Below are positions 36,501 to 51,500 of a stretch of 64,000 bases of DNA, piece after piece. Location: the NCBI GenBank assembly GCA_965637545.1, contig OZ281499.1, forward strand, positions 620,001-684,000. Direction: 5' to 3'. The DNA comes from Phallusia mammillata (taxonomy: Eukaryota). The notes under the pieces are model-generated. The model worked only from the letters and a program-made list of their open reading frames with translations, was not told the DNA's origin and made no database searches. The position numbers were made by a program, and so were the translations under genes. Positions within the stretch are counted from its first letter, which is position 1, and every line of letters begins with the position of its first letter.

Positions 36501-39500
36501 TGGCGGACGCCCATTGGCTTATCCTCAGACTGTAGAAATAAATAGCAAGGTCACATTTCTATGCAAAGATAAAAAAACGATCGCCATCTGTCTGATTGTG
36601 TAAAAAAATATTTTAATTTGACGCAACAATTCGTTGTTATTTTCTGCATCTTTATATGCGGTGAGATTCGAACCCAGAACAAAAGATTACCACAAGTGGG
36701 ACTTTTCAATTTCGATGTTCATTTAAAACTCTCATATAAATTCACCCGTTAATTTTAACCGTAAGTTGGATTTAAGTGTTGCGTTTTACCTCACTCGTTG
36801 TGAGTAAATCCTCCCGAACTTCGTAATTTTCCAGATCGTCGATATTTGGCAAAGACACGTGCGCTCCTCGCCGCGGGATGTCGCACTTGTTCTGCAAAAC
36901 AACACACTATTAAGATCCACCAGGCGGCGCTGTAACCACTTGCAAACATGTTTAAATGTGAACGAGCGTTTTAGTTAGATTTTAGTTTTAGTTAAGAAAT
37001 ATTCGCTTTTCTTTTTGTGTTACTGGGATTGATAACGAATTACGGATGTTCATGACAATATATTTGATGTTTTCCGGAAATTCTCCTGTCGTGGGTTCGA
37101 ATCCCACCGCAGTTTTCTAGCCTACACCTTGCCATATAGGAATAACGCGTTTAAGCCTGGCGTGCTGTGATTTAGATATATGTATATTTTTTATGTTATT
37201 TGTCACCAAACAACAGTCTCAACCGCCACATTAAAGATGCGAAATAGTTTCATTAAACGTTTAAACAACAGTTTGTTTTGTTTGTCTGCAAAGTTTGCCG
37301 CAAAAAAACAATTAGTTTGAGCGATGCAAGTCTAAAAAGTTTGAAAAGATCACGTGTACCACTTCAATCAAGTCATGAGCCACGAAAACATCTGGCTGAC
37401 AACTTAATAACATTGGACACGAAATGCTGATGTCAAACCTAATCGAATTGAACCACAATCTTTACGATGGATTCGACGCGGTTTGAAACACGTGTTACGA
37501 GACCACAGTAAGTTGATTGACAGGTCAGACAACTTTAGCGGTGGTCTTCGCGAATTTAATCAACTTTGACATGCAGACAAGTTTTGACGAGGCAATTAAC
37601 ACAATGATAAATAGACACAAGGTTGTAACTTAATCTAAACGCGTTTGTTTCTTGAAAATATTACGTAGAAATTAAATAGAGTTTTTTTGTAACATATTTG
37701 GGGCAAAACTTCTGTCAAAGAGCACCGAAAGAGTCCTAAAATTAGCTCAGCAAAGACGAAATCCTCGCGTAGAGCAAAAGAGCTCAGTTGGTTTTAAGCC
37801 AAGGAAGGTTAAAATTGGATGCATTTTGTGCAACGATGTTAGTAAAAATAGAGTGTCAAACTTGCTCAGTGGAGATTCCCTGCTGCTTTAAACCCCTGCA
37901 ATCCGCGCTACCACGTTGTAAAGATTAATATTTAATCGACGAAACATTACAATCTTCAGGTTAAAGTTTAACACGCCAGATAGCAACCCGGTATAGTGAG
38001 GTTTAAACATATTCATCAAACGTGTTTACTCGCAAAACAAACCTGCAGCGATCGCAGCAATACATGTAAGATATTGTTTCCACTGTTTTACAAAATATTT
38101 TTGAGTCTTAAAAGCATCGAGCCAATCCATGATAAGATGCATTTTTTAAGCCAACTTTATAAGTTCAAAAAAGGTAGTTTGCAAAAAAAGTCGTTTCACC
38201 TGCTAGGACAATTTATACAGTTGCCCAAATAACTTTACCACATGACTCCTAATTAGTGCAGGGGGTTAAGAAAATCGTTTGCCAACATGCTTCACGCAGC
38301 AATATCCGATCGCGTTAAAAGTTAAGATAATCCCAAATTCTTACATAAATTGTTTTAAGCAACACAGAATCTGATGCACATGAGTAATTATCACGCGTAA
38401 AAAGTGAAACTTACTGAATGTTTACTTTTCAATCTTCTTTTCACTGGTGACGCTGACACGATTTTTACGTCGTCAGTTTGGATCTCAGCATTCTGGACTT
38501 CGCGAGGTGTAGAAGCTTCTGTTCGCAGCAAAGTTATGATCGAGTTAAATGACAGAAATGTTAGCAGGGGATATTTGAATAAAACTGAAATCGAAACAAG
38601 ATACCTAACTATAAACAAAATTGCCATTAACTCGCAAAACGTATTCGCTTTATAACCCAAAACTTTCGACAAAACTATATTGCAATTAAGAGTTGCAAGT
38701 TATGCAAAATCAATGTCAAATTCATTGTTAGTTAAGCTACTATTCACAATTTACTGGGTACCTCAACTAAGCTGACATTATAAACTTGTAAAAAGTTTTC
38801 AACAATAGCTTTACGTCGATGATACGGCGCAACTAACAAAAATGTCTGATTTATATTGAACACACTAAGAGCTATGTGGATTGTGGCTTGTAACAAGAGC
38901 ATTAAACACTTGAAAACGAACCACGATTTAGCCCAAGGCTGTATAAGAAGAATTCGGATCTATAGCAAGCTGCATCCGTACATTTAAAGCTGCGCTGATT
39001 GGACACAAATATTTCACCAACAAGTCATGCTGTCACGAATTTCAAAATACAAGCACATTTACATGCAAAATTGTGCAAGCTTGAAGCGGGTTCCCGAACC
39101 AGCTTCGTGCAGTCAACCACACCAAATTTCAAACCACCAATTGAAAGATGCTTAGACGAACTTATGTATTTCCTAAATATTAGTGTTCAACTTCATAAAG
39201 CTCTTCTGGCAATTGTATTTTTATTCCGACGTTTCGACGTCCTATACAGGTCACCTTCATCAGGGTAAATTTATCGTGCACTGTACTGGTCGCATTCAGT
39301 GTTAGTTACCCTGATGAAGGCGACCTGTATAGGACGTCGAAACGTCGGAATAAAAATAATTGCCAGATAAGCTCTATAAACTTGATATTATGCCTGGTAT
39401 CAATAGCTTATATATTAGTTTGCAAGGTTGAATGCCCGAAGCTGGTTGGCAAACCCGCTTTAAACCTGCCAGTTATAATCGCGCATAGCAGCTGTATAGC

Positions 39501-42500
39501 GTTAATCGCAGTGAGATATGAAAACGTACCACTTGTAATCGAGCTATCACCGACAAACGACGAAACAGAATTGACATCAGAGTGCAAGCTGCTTGGACGG
39601 GGAGGACTCAATCCTGATGATAGCAGAGATGAGAAATTACGTTGGAAGTTCGTTCTTGCACGAACTCCAAGCGGATGAATAATCACAATCACACAACAAC
39701 AATACACACAGTAAACCTGGGTTAAACTGGATTCGGATAAACCGGATCTTCGCCTAATTTGGACAAATATCGAGGTACAAATGATTTGTAATGTGGTAAG
39801 CTTTAACTAATCTTAATCGGTTTATCCAGATCTTCGCTTAATCCGGACAAATTTAATCCGGATTAACCGAGGTTTAATGTATATCCAAGTTTAAGCTGAC
39901 AATATAAATGCTCATCAGGGCGAAATTATGTGATTTAACAAGATTTTTGTGTTTTACTGTGACTAAACATGGCATTAGCTGTAAACTAATCGACGACAAA
40001 GTTTTAAACCAGATTATTGCGATAAATGAAAGATGCCACCACCAAAAATCCAGTTCACCATGACGAATTTACAATCATGCCAGCACTAGAGGGCGATCAA
40101 GCGCACACGCAAAGCAGTTTCACAGTTGGGGGATCACCCAACTTACCGATCTCGTGGGAAATACAACCCGGAAGTCCCGTGAGAGTTTTATGACGATCCC
40201 GGAACTTTTGTTGGCTCTTTCGCCTCACAAGTCCAACGGATGAACGTTGTGATCGCCGGAGGTTGACCTTCCGGTCGAACTGACAACCGGAAGTGTCTGT
40301 TGAAAAAAATCGTAAATTTGTAACAAACGAATGGTGCGACTCAAAAACAAAACCCTAGGCCTAAACCTTATTCAAATAGAAAAAAAAAATTTTTAAAACA
40401 AATCCTTCGGTTTTTGTCAAAGTTAAAAATAAGAAATAGTTTGCAACGCCATACGGATCTGTTCATAAGTTTAATGGTGAAAATAACGGCCCAAATAGAC
40501 GTAAAAAGCGACATGCTTTGTTGTTCAAACGTTTAGAAGAAATACGTAAGACATAGTTGTTCAGTCCGTAAAAGTTTTTGTAAATCTTCCAACCATTTCT
40601 CCTTTTTGCGTTGAATAGCACTTACAGCTAATCAACTTAAATTCCCCAATTATTCGCGGCAACATTTGCCTGTTAATCACACAGAGGCAAATCTACCAGA
40701 CAATCCAAGCACTCTATTAGCGATTGAGGCGTAACAACCGAACGTTATTACGTAATAATGGGCGACTATCACGTATCTGGCCGGGCACGCAGGTCAGTGA
40801 TTTATAATAACAGAGGTTAGATTGATGGAATTCAAGGAATGTCTGGGTGCTTAAGTGCATTGAACCGGTTACCGGCGCGCCAGCATATTTCATCTGTCTG
40901 CTGCTGTTGGTTCGATCAATGAAAGAAGCACGTGTTTGGCGCAGTTGTGTTTACTACATCGTCGTGTTGTTGTGTAGTACAAGATACCGGCACGCGTAAA
41001 GTTGTAGCGCTCCCAGCAGTACATACTAAACCTTAATATTTTACGTTTCATCAACGAAACAACACATGCACATGGTATGGTCGTGTTAAGAAAGCCGTCG
41101 TTGTTTAATTTTTCCATTTAATGCCCCCGATTTTTAGTTCATTTCATTATATAGGATTTTCATTTGGTCGAAGAAAGGTTTTGCTCAGTAAAATGCCTGA
41201 TGTCGAGGCGGGATTCGAACCAACAACCTTGCGAGGATAACTTTGTTTATTTTCCTACTCACCGATGTGAACAACTTCCCCGACATGTTGTGAACTCTCT
41301 ATCGCCATCTTCTGTTTGGGTGTGGGAAGCAAAGCTTTTGGATTGTAAAGATCGTTTAACTCCGGAGACGCGATTATGTTTGTCTGAAATCAAAATGACA
41401 GTTTTTGTAACAGATCAAAACCATCAACAACATCGCTTAAACTGACGATCACTGTTTGCCTTTTTAACTGCAATACAGTAAAACCAATGGACTATAAAAT
41501 CATTGGTAAACTGATTTTTCTGTTTTACCAAGGATTTAATTGGTTTTACTGTATTATATGTTTGTCTGCAAAGAACGTTTTATAAAATTGGGCCTTTATT
41601 GTTTGTTTACCTTCATTATTCAGTAACGAATCACTTTTTTTATTGTCACAGCTAGATAAATAAAAACAAACATGTCAAAATCTTAAGCTTTACTCTTATT
41701 TGCCATCAATCTATTTGATGGACAAACTGGATTTTTGAACAAACATTGCAAATTATTTACGGACAAGTGATAGTCCAAACTACACAGATACCGACCAGTT
41801 GATCAAAAACACAAGTCGGTCAACATGAAACGAAAGGGTCGGTCCACTCTGTGTAATTAAAGTCCAATTGCCCACAAATCACAAGCGGCATGAGTTTAAC
41901 ATGAAGCTACAAAATCCTTTCAAGCTAAAGTGGGTTTCAAGGCCTGCGCGTTCAAGCAGCTCTGGATAAGCTTGAATCAGCCTCGAAATGTTTAAAGTCC
42001 TTTCACTGTCTTTAAACGCCACTTGTAAGGCTGACGTCATTTATGCGTCACTCCACCCCGACGCTACTCAAGTCTCTTCAATTTATCAGACATTAGCATT
42101 ATAGGAACTGCAGACAACTATTTTAGAGAAACGTAATTTTATTTTGCCTCTCTCATGTTGGTATTGCAACCGGGTTTACATTTTTTCTGACTATTTGTTT
42201 TGATATAATTATAACGAGCGATTGTATCTGTTTCATTTGCACTAAATTGTATTTATTACAACAAACTCTCCGTTCTTAGGTTATCATTTGGCGATCAATC
42301 TCTCGCATAGACGTTTTTTTAAATATGAAATAAAAATTGACCAAAATCCCTTAAACCTAAACAGCATGACGGTAGACGTTTAATTTGATTTATTACAGAT
42401 TTACAAAAGTTGTCAGATTTTGTTTCAAATGTCAAAATTGTATACAGTTTTAAAGCCATTTTGAATTTTATGCTTTTTACGCTCTGACAACCGCTTGTAA

Positions 42501-45500
42501 ACATATTCACTTTATATATAAAGTGAGAGTATACTCTCTTTCACTTGACAAGATGTTTGACGTTTTGCATTTAACGTGATTTTAATATTATGCGGTTAAA
42601 GATCTTCACTACATACTGACAAATACAACTCTAAAACACAATCAGTATGATAATTTGGTTTAAACATTTTTACCGTTGACTTTGAGCAGTTGTACTTCCT
42701 GGGCGACATTGGATCTTGCAGCAGAACATTGGGATCGAATGATTTAGGCCGGGAGGGTTTACTGAAGGCTTGTGATCCCCGCAACATCCCGTTCCAATCC
42801 TGGAAGCAGTAAATAATTGGGATTGATAACTGGGTTTCAACAATAAAAGTTATTCTGTTTCAATCTGATCAATCTGAAGTATTGTTTATCGAGTTGACAT
42901 GATAAAGTCGAGAAATTTTAGGTGACAAAAATGACGTGAAATCTGCATAACATTTCACAGATTTCAACAAAAGTTTTTTTTTTACTTTCATGTGTTTTTT
43001 TATCACTTTTGGAACTTAAATGTTTTTTATTAAACCAACCACTGAGGATTTGGTGGCAGGTATGACGAAAAGTAACGGTTATGACCTTGATAAATTCGTT
43101 GCAATAAAGAAGATGAAGTCTTGTGAAGAGTTTGATAAAAAAACGAATTGTGACGTTTGTGTATGACGTGTTAGTTGCGTCACCAATCAATGACGTCAAA
43201 ACAAAAGCAAAACGGTTTCAACAAAACATTGGGAAATCAACCATGCTCTTACCACGATGCTGTTTCTTGATATTTACTGTAATATTGACAACAGTATGTG
43301 AAGTGTCAGAAAATACACACAAATATGTGCTATAATGGAATCTAGCATTTTGTTCTTTTTTAGGAAGTTGGGCATTTAGGTTGGAGAAACTTTCCTTTAA
43401 TTTATATTTTAGTTGCGAACACTACATACACTGACAATTTCATAATAGAAAATACCGAACAAGCGTTTCGTCCACCAGGTAGCATATTTAGCAAATTCGT
43501 TCAGCAAAAATACAAGTTCTTGAAAAAACAGCTACTATTATGATTAGCATTCCACCAGTTGAACAACAAATTTGTAAAATTTTATAATAATTTAAACAGG
43601 TGAAACTGCGCTAACGTAAGACATGTTTTTTATACGTTTCAGTTCAATCTAGCACAAACCACCAGCAGAATAAACATTTTCATTTCATGTCGCTGTTTGG
43701 GAACAGTGCAGTTATCCTATCATAAAATCGACACGAAAAATTGAGAACCAAGTTCGAAGTTGACTTACATTTCCAGCCAACTTGTGGAGGTGAATGAGAC
43801 AAGGAGTCCTTGAGTCGGTCATGAATAAATCCTCCTCCATCGAATCACTGGAGTGGTAGTGAAGATAAACCGGGATCTTCTGCTCCTCCTCCAAGTTTGA
43901 AACAGCTGCAAAACAACAAAATCATTGGAATATATTGCATAATCTTATGGTATATTGGTATTGTAGGAGTTAGAAAATACTGAACAAGCTTTTCGTCCAC
44001 CAGGTTGCATATTTAACAAAATTGTCGTTCAACTGGTGTAATACTAATCAAAATACTGGTTGTTTTTCAAGTAAGAGTTAAGAACGACAAACAATTCATT
44101 TACAACACGGTTTCCGGACAAAGACAACGTCGATTAAAACATTCTGTAAGTTGGTTGCTGTTTATTAAGTTCAAATAATGTCCAGGAAAGTGCAAACTAG
44201 TATTGAGAAACTTTTCCTTCTGTTTGAAGTTTTGGAAAATCCGCATCAATGTGTTTCGTCGAGTTTCGAGTAACTTGGAATAAACTCAGAACAATTGAAC
44301 TTTTACGCCTACACAATAAACTTTAACTTAAATCAAAACAACTTTAGTAAAGAGACTTGAATAAGTTAACAGCATTAAACTCGCCATTCAACTCGAGTTT
44401 TATTTTTTTCTTATTATATTTAAGTTGCCTGAGAGAAACTTGAAATATTTGACCTCTAACATTTCAAATGACCTTCAGCCAAACACGTGTGGGAGGCGCG
44501 AAAATAAACAGTGTGAATAAATTTCACAATAGCTGATCAATATCGCTGATTTGACTTGATTGCTTGACAAACTGAACAGGTCAACACAATGTGACGAGAA
44601 CCAGCACTCAACATATGGGATTATTGATTCAAACTATCAAGTGGATTCGATGACTTGAAATCGTTGATGAAAAACAAATAATTGAACGCGATAAGCTCGA
44701 ACCACCAGCAGTTTCGACTGCTCTATAAACCAACTGACAAATATTGAAATATTTGCTGCTAAACAGAAACTGGGATAACGACAATTCAGGTATCGATTAC
44801 ATTTTACAAAAACTTATATTATCTAACAAAGCTCAAACATGAAAAATATATGGTCATTAACCACTCAAGTGTTTTATTTAAATCCACTTATCTTTCGCCA
44901 ACAAGCTTGTTATGAGTTATGACGAAATAATTCGAAAACCCCAAAAGTGACGTAATAATTCCAAAAAACACCCAAAGTGACGTAATAATTCCAAAACACC
45001 CAAACTGAACTTTGTCTTGAAAAGATATTGTAAGAAAAGGTTACTTAAGGTCAACCAAGTGTACCGCCCTTAGCACACATGAATGACGAAAATTCACACA
45101 ATGACGTCATACAAGGCAGGCAACACCCCTAGTTAAGTTTAATAGCGAGTAAAACCAACAGAAGTTGTCGATTTCGTATTATTACATCATAATTCACCGG
45201 AGTAGTTGCAAATATTGATCAAGCTTTCAATAAAGTGTGACGCATAACGCCTTGACAAGAATCGTGTTGTTGTAATGTTTGTTGAAACAACACGTCGTTG
45301 TAACAATCGCAGGTTTAACTTTTACTCAACGAGCAAGCGGGTTGTTTTAAGCTTCAGTTTTCACATCTGCCCTGAAAAAAAACAGTTTTTGGGTAATCTT
45401 GTGTAGCGGCCCAACCCCGAATTGTTTTTGAGAAGTCCGTTTTAACCCTTTTGATTGACAGGCCTACAATAAAACAGGCATGCACAAGACCTTTTAGGGC

Positions 45501-48500
45501 TGTTGGACATTAGGCTGAGTCCAGCAACTAGCTACTTAGCAAGGTATTTTTTTTAAATTACGGACACAAAACGTGAAGTGAGGTCCGAATCAAACCCGTT
45601 TCTTTCGAACCCGGCCCGACTTACAACTCTGAGGGGTCTTGTTAACGTTGTAACTTACCTTTGTAATAATCTCTCGGTCTCTGACTTTTTCTCCATCTTT
45701 TCGAGGGACTCCGACTAAAGTTGTCCCGGTTTTGCTTTGCCGAATTATTTCCCATCACAAACTCAAATCATTTAGCAACAAAATTTAAACAAATAAAACA
45801 AAACCTTTGAAGACGAAACAGATTTGATCAATTTAATGTCCAGACATCAATTTGCTTGGCAAATACAGAAAGTTTACTTGAGACAAACAAAACCAGCAGA
45901 TAAATTCTATAACTCCTGAAGTCAAGCGTTTTAACGTAACTCCAATTTCAATGTAAAATCCAATAAGCTTTCGTAAACTGATTGAAGATGCAACACACCA
46001 GACTTTACAGGCAACAAAACTGACCAAAACAGCCGACAGATTTAAAATCAAACCGACGACATAAAGCAAAATTCCACTTTAAACCTCGTAAAAACCAGTG
46101 GTTCTTCACCCACTTTGTTCCTCACAGGTGGCAAGCCACTAAAACCAGTAACGCAATACAATGCATAAAGCAGTAAATCTGTTTCGGCCAAACGCGAGGT
46201 GGAACGGTCGATAACCTTACTGACCCTGTAGGTCGGGATTAAGACTGATCTCTATCCCACCTGCTGTGCGGGTGTGAAGCGCTCAATTCATCCAATGCTG
46301 TTGTGCGGCGGATTTTAATGCAGTTCAACTCAGCGTAACTGTCCATCTGTTAATGCTACGAGATTAAGTAATTTCAAGACACTTTTATGCTGGCTTAAAC
46401 GCTGCACTGGTCAACTACCATCAAAGCTACCAAAGACAGTTGTATTGCTGTGAGTCCAATCATACAGACTACATTTCCAAGTTTTAAGTTTTGTTATTCA
46501 CTTCAACTAATTACCAAACTCAAAAAAGACTTTCATGACTGGAATCATGCTTAAACATTTCTCAACACTGAAGATAAATTACAAACTTGGAAAAAAATCA
46601 CAAATCAACTTTCAACCACTCTCAGTCAGTAATTCACCAGCAGCAATAGTTACAAATAATTTGCGCTGTAACAATGATTAGATCGTGAGGCATCGCACAA
46701 TTAGACTTGTATTTGTTTTTGTGCCCCACCCTGTAAACACTGGCTAGACTAATTGCCGGTGATCCAAAGTAAAAGGGAACGATAATTTCACGGGAACGTG
46801 CGCTTACGATGGTTAGGTGCAAGTTTTTCACATAACAATTACCTCACATGTCCCAATTAATCCAGAGTATCTACACGTTATCGTGAAGTGAACAAGAGGC
46901 GATGGTAGCGAAACATTAATAAGAATATTACTAAACAAAACGCTCAAGGTTATCACCAAAAATTCATGTTTGCGGTTGAGATAATTTAAAACCTCGCACA
47001 ATTTTATGTTACAGCATAAGACGACGGACAATAACTTTTATTCAGGTGCATTTTCAGCCCTCAGGAAACCAACGGGGAATATCGAGTTATTGTGCCCCGT
47101 ACACATACATGTAATTTAGTGTTATATCGGCTGTTATAAAAGACACAGGTGCTTTGGCGACAAAAGTTAGAAAATGACATGTTGGATGAAATAACTGGTT
47201 GCACTTGGATTCGACAATGTTGAAATTAAACCCTTATACACTAAATTCAGAATTGACATTTACGACAGAGCAACGAAAATTGTCACAGCAATCGACTTTT
47301 CCTTTTCTTGTCCCAACCTACATTTGACAGTTCCATGATTTCTGTATTTTGTATTATTCACTTTTTAACACAATTTCCCTTTGTAAAATTGCAATGATAG
47401 ACTACATTCTTCATAAACATTCTACCTCAGTTAATCGCCTGAAACAAGCCACATGAGACATCTGCAGCTTTCTGTCGCCAACCAACACTGTGTCCTAAAC
47501 TGAAAGCTTAAACGAGACAGACTCGGACATAACAGGTTGAACAACCATAACTTTATATGAATCACACAGACATATCAGACAAGCCGCAAAACTCTCATTA
47601 AAACAGCGAGTGAGGTTAATTCGAACATTCACTTGCGCAGGGTAAACTGGCAGCGAAAGATCGGGCGTTAAAATTACGAAATCGGCCAGTCGCGACGCTG
47701 TTTACTCAAGAACACAATCGTCACAATGGGCGTCGCGCGTAAAAGCGATGGTGGTTCGATAGCGGGTCTTGTGGGGGGCAGGTGGGGCCGCGAACAACTG
47801 TTACGTCACAAGCACAATGGGCCGAGCGCTGAGAACGTGGGAAAGCGAAGGTTTTCTGGGACGAATTCGTATTTGATTGCATCGAAAGCGCGAATTCATT
47901 GCCACCATTCCATGCATGAAGATTGGGTTACAACTGGGCGAAGCGGAGAAATCAACCAAAGTGTTTTTTAACGAGTATTAAACACATAATGACCAACTTT
48001 GCAAAGCTGCTGCAGTCTAATACTTTGAACAGATGTTTTAACATACCTACTACACGCTAAAATGTTATTCGAATATCAGACTATTTACCAATATGCTGGA
48101 AACAAATCTTCACATTCCATTGCCACAAAGCTAGTCCATTTAAGGAGCATGTTACGACTGAAATTTTAAACTAAAATGAAACCGAATTGCAGTTCAGCAA
48201 AAAGTGCGATGCCTTCATCTAGTTCAACTTAAATTTACTCCTTTTAGATTTATATTGAAGCTGACTGGAGCTAGGTATATGAATTGTCGAAATATGATTT
48301 GCTGTCAACGGTTTTTTAATTCGGAACCAGATTTACCATCTACCTTAGCTTAGCAAACAAGTTCAGCTCAGCGTGAAACGGAAACAGCTCGCCCTACGAC
48401 AACTCCTAGCAACCAACCTTGACTGAGATTCGCGACACGGTGAAGTTATTGACAATGTTAACACACAAAGCAGTAGGAGAGGGCTCCTTTCGGCAGCTCC

Positions 48501-51500
48501 AACACGAGGGGCTCTTCACTGAACCAGACATAACAGGTTTCTTTATCTGTTCGAATTTTCTCATTACACTGGATGAGTTAAACTGGTTGCGCGGCACAAT
48601 ACACACACCACCTATGCTTGCGACGTTCATAGTTATGATTGAGAGTTACAAAATAAACACAGGTGCTGGCGCGGCCTAGATGGGTTTAATTAATGTTGTA
48701 GAATTCGCTGGAGGTGTGAAACACGTTTTCTACTTTAATATACTCATCACAAATTTAACAGCTTAATATCTTATGTAACTTGTCCATGTGAATTGCTTTG
48801 CAAATGTTTCGTATTTGTGTTTACTAACGACTTGTTTATAATTCTATTTGAATAAGTCAAATATAGTTAACACTTTACACATACTGACCTTAAACGCCTG
48901 AATTTTATAAATAACTGGAACCAACAAAAGCACAAAATCGTACCACAAAAGCCATTGTTTGAAATCATTCACATTATAAAAAGGGACACAAAAAGTTGTT
49001 TACTTTTCTCGCGCTTTTATCAGGAAATTTGCAAACCAATGACGTTGATGTTTGCCAGTCGGCCGTAAAACTAACTCGTTCACTTTATTGCAGAATAACT
49101 ATCAGCTTCGCAGCATGGCTAAACCAACAACAGACAGCTACTCAGGCGCCTGATAACAGCTCCTAGGCTGACACCAGTAAGGTGACCGTCTGTTTGCGAA
49201 CCGTGCCGATGCGTTACACCTGATCATTATAGGCGACCCAATTAATCAAGGATTATCAGAAATAAATCCACGATCACTGATTTTTTTCGCGTGTTGAAAC
49301 AACTACCTTATATGGTCTATTTTTAGCACCGGTATCGACACAACGATTGGAGGCAGTGTGCTTGACGTGCACAGTAAGCAAACATGGGGGCGTGTGTTTA
49401 TCGAGCCTCATGTCGATACAGTATCCGCCTGCGCAATGCTCGTTCTATTTTACGGCCCTTTAACAGCCGTACAGGGACTTCACATCATCCCCAATACAGT
49501 TATAAGTGAATCAAATTTAAGGTGAATTGCAAGGTCAAGTTTTAACACATTCTGGCAACCAACAGCTCTAATATCATTTTTACAGCAACCTTATATTGAA
49601 TACAAATTTCAAGTAAAGCTTCTCAACTTCGTATAAATGTTTTTATTGCAGCTTCCACGCACCATTTCTCATTTGCCTGTTAGTATGTGCAAGAATTTAA
49701 ACTAGGATAAACATGTTAAGGGGTAAGTGGGTAACATATCGTCCTTTACATAAACACAAATACGCGCAACATTTTACCTCAACAACAGACATAAAGCTAA
49801 TGATAAAACAACTCCTCAATATGACAACCACGACCGTCTACAGCTCATTGCAGAAACCACCCTAAACATTTCTCCTAATGTTTGATAAGGAGGCAAATAC
49901 ATTTCAACAAAAAACATCAACAAATTCGCCGTCCATCCAAGACACAGCTCAACCCAGCGACGACCGCTGTTTGTGGGGAGTAAGAGCTCGATTGTTGATC
50001 GCGCGCGCCGCGATCGCGTCAATGTTTAACATTCGAACGTTGACTGATGACGCGATGTCATCGGGCGTCGGGAAATTTCGGCGGAAATTGGAATCAACGA
50101 CGCGATTCTCGCAAGGGTTTGGTCACCCAACTTAGCGTAGATCATTACGAATATTTCAAGTGTGGAAAGGTTTAAGGTGTGGTTACTTCGAATGTAACTG
50201 CTTCATTGTTAGGAGTAGGCAGAAATCGAGTCGTTCTCAAACTAAACAACATATAGACGTGGTCGGAAAAGTTGCTTTCAAAACTCAACTTGGACAAAAA
50301 CATTAGGAACTGCTCAAAAACAACAAAAACTTTTAAACGACAGATTAATACTTCGCCATTTCATTAAATTCGCCCATAATTTTCACACAAAAACTACCAA
50401 ATATTTATGCAGAATTATCTGAACATAGTACAAGCAGTTGCGAACCCTCCTGTGTCTTAAACAACTTTAAACTAACTGTTTTCCAACTCTGTTTAAGCTT
50501 CAGTTGTATTTCAATTTTTACGGTTTGCTTTCTCTCAGAACTGAGACAAACTGTGCCCCTGGATTGATCTCAGGTGCCAGTTGGCGTGTTGGCTCACGAC
50601 TTTGTTGTCAAGCTCAAAATTTCAACCACATCACGTTCACGCATCACCCCAGCAAAGACGAAACCTCTGCATGTGTTAACTTAACTCCTTACTCTCAACT
50701 CTCATTCATTGGTAAATAAGCTCCAGGCAGCAGTGGCGCTGTACGATGCCTGTGACGAGCTTCCACACACAATAGCGGGTTTCAACGTGGAGGACTTTTC
50801 GAGTGGGGGGCAATTAAACGGACGGCTGAAGTCCAAGTCGTTATAGAGCTACGACAAATTACATGCTGCTAAATTTGCTTGTCGTGTATGAGAGATTCAA
50901 GTTGAAAGAACTTGGCAAGCACTCAGAGTAGGAAGTAGGACAAACACAACGGAAACAAGACTGTCAAAAGCTACTTCATATATTACATATGAAAGGTAAC
51001 ATGTAATACAAGAATACCAAATCGTACAGCGAAATGACTTAATGTGGAAAATAGCGGTCTAAATAAACTCAAAACGCGACGTGCTGGTGCGTTTACGACG
51101 GATGTAACTGATGTGGCCCCTCATATCACTGATGATGACATATACCGAAACGTTTCAATAATTAAGCATGTCTATTATGATCGTTATTTTCCTCATTAAA
51201 CTTATGAACTGATCCGAGCATAGTGTTCCAAAATGACTTCTACTTAAAAATCGATAGACTGCAGTCTTGTGAAATAATAAATTTGTCTTTTTTACCAGGT
51301 AAGTCCATCTTCTGCAAAATTGCTAACTGTAACTTTCAAAGAAACCATACACAGTCTGCTTATACAATGCAGTTTGATCCGCTAAAATGTGTCTTGAATG
51401 TATCCACATCCCTGCCTCCTGCAATACCCGCACATTATAACCAACTACAGAATCCCACACAGCAGCCATGCAATGACAGTAGAATCTATGCACGGCCTTT

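Larger units (their letters stand above)
39195..39420. mobile_element. Foldback element (family A) with two oppositely oriented minimal hammerhead ribozyme motifs; Penelope-like-element-derived
   Basis: Near-perfect inverted arms ~39198-39268 and ~39306-39372 around a ~37-nt spacer. Each arm reads TTACC-CTGATGA-AGG(C/T)GACCTGTATAGGACGTC-GAAA-CGTC-GG-AATAAA on its own strand. Confidence 0.75.

Noticed and set aside
48406-48630. Minus-strand ORF as a further NHS alternative first exon
   Set aside because: The best donor is phase 0, incompatible with the phase-1 shared acceptor; the same applies to the donor at 49778.
50040-50090. CTGATGA...GAAATTTC hammerhead-like spacing
   Set aside because: No G-C closing pair or continuous helix II, helix I cannot form, and it is single copy in a CpG-rich promoter-like patch.
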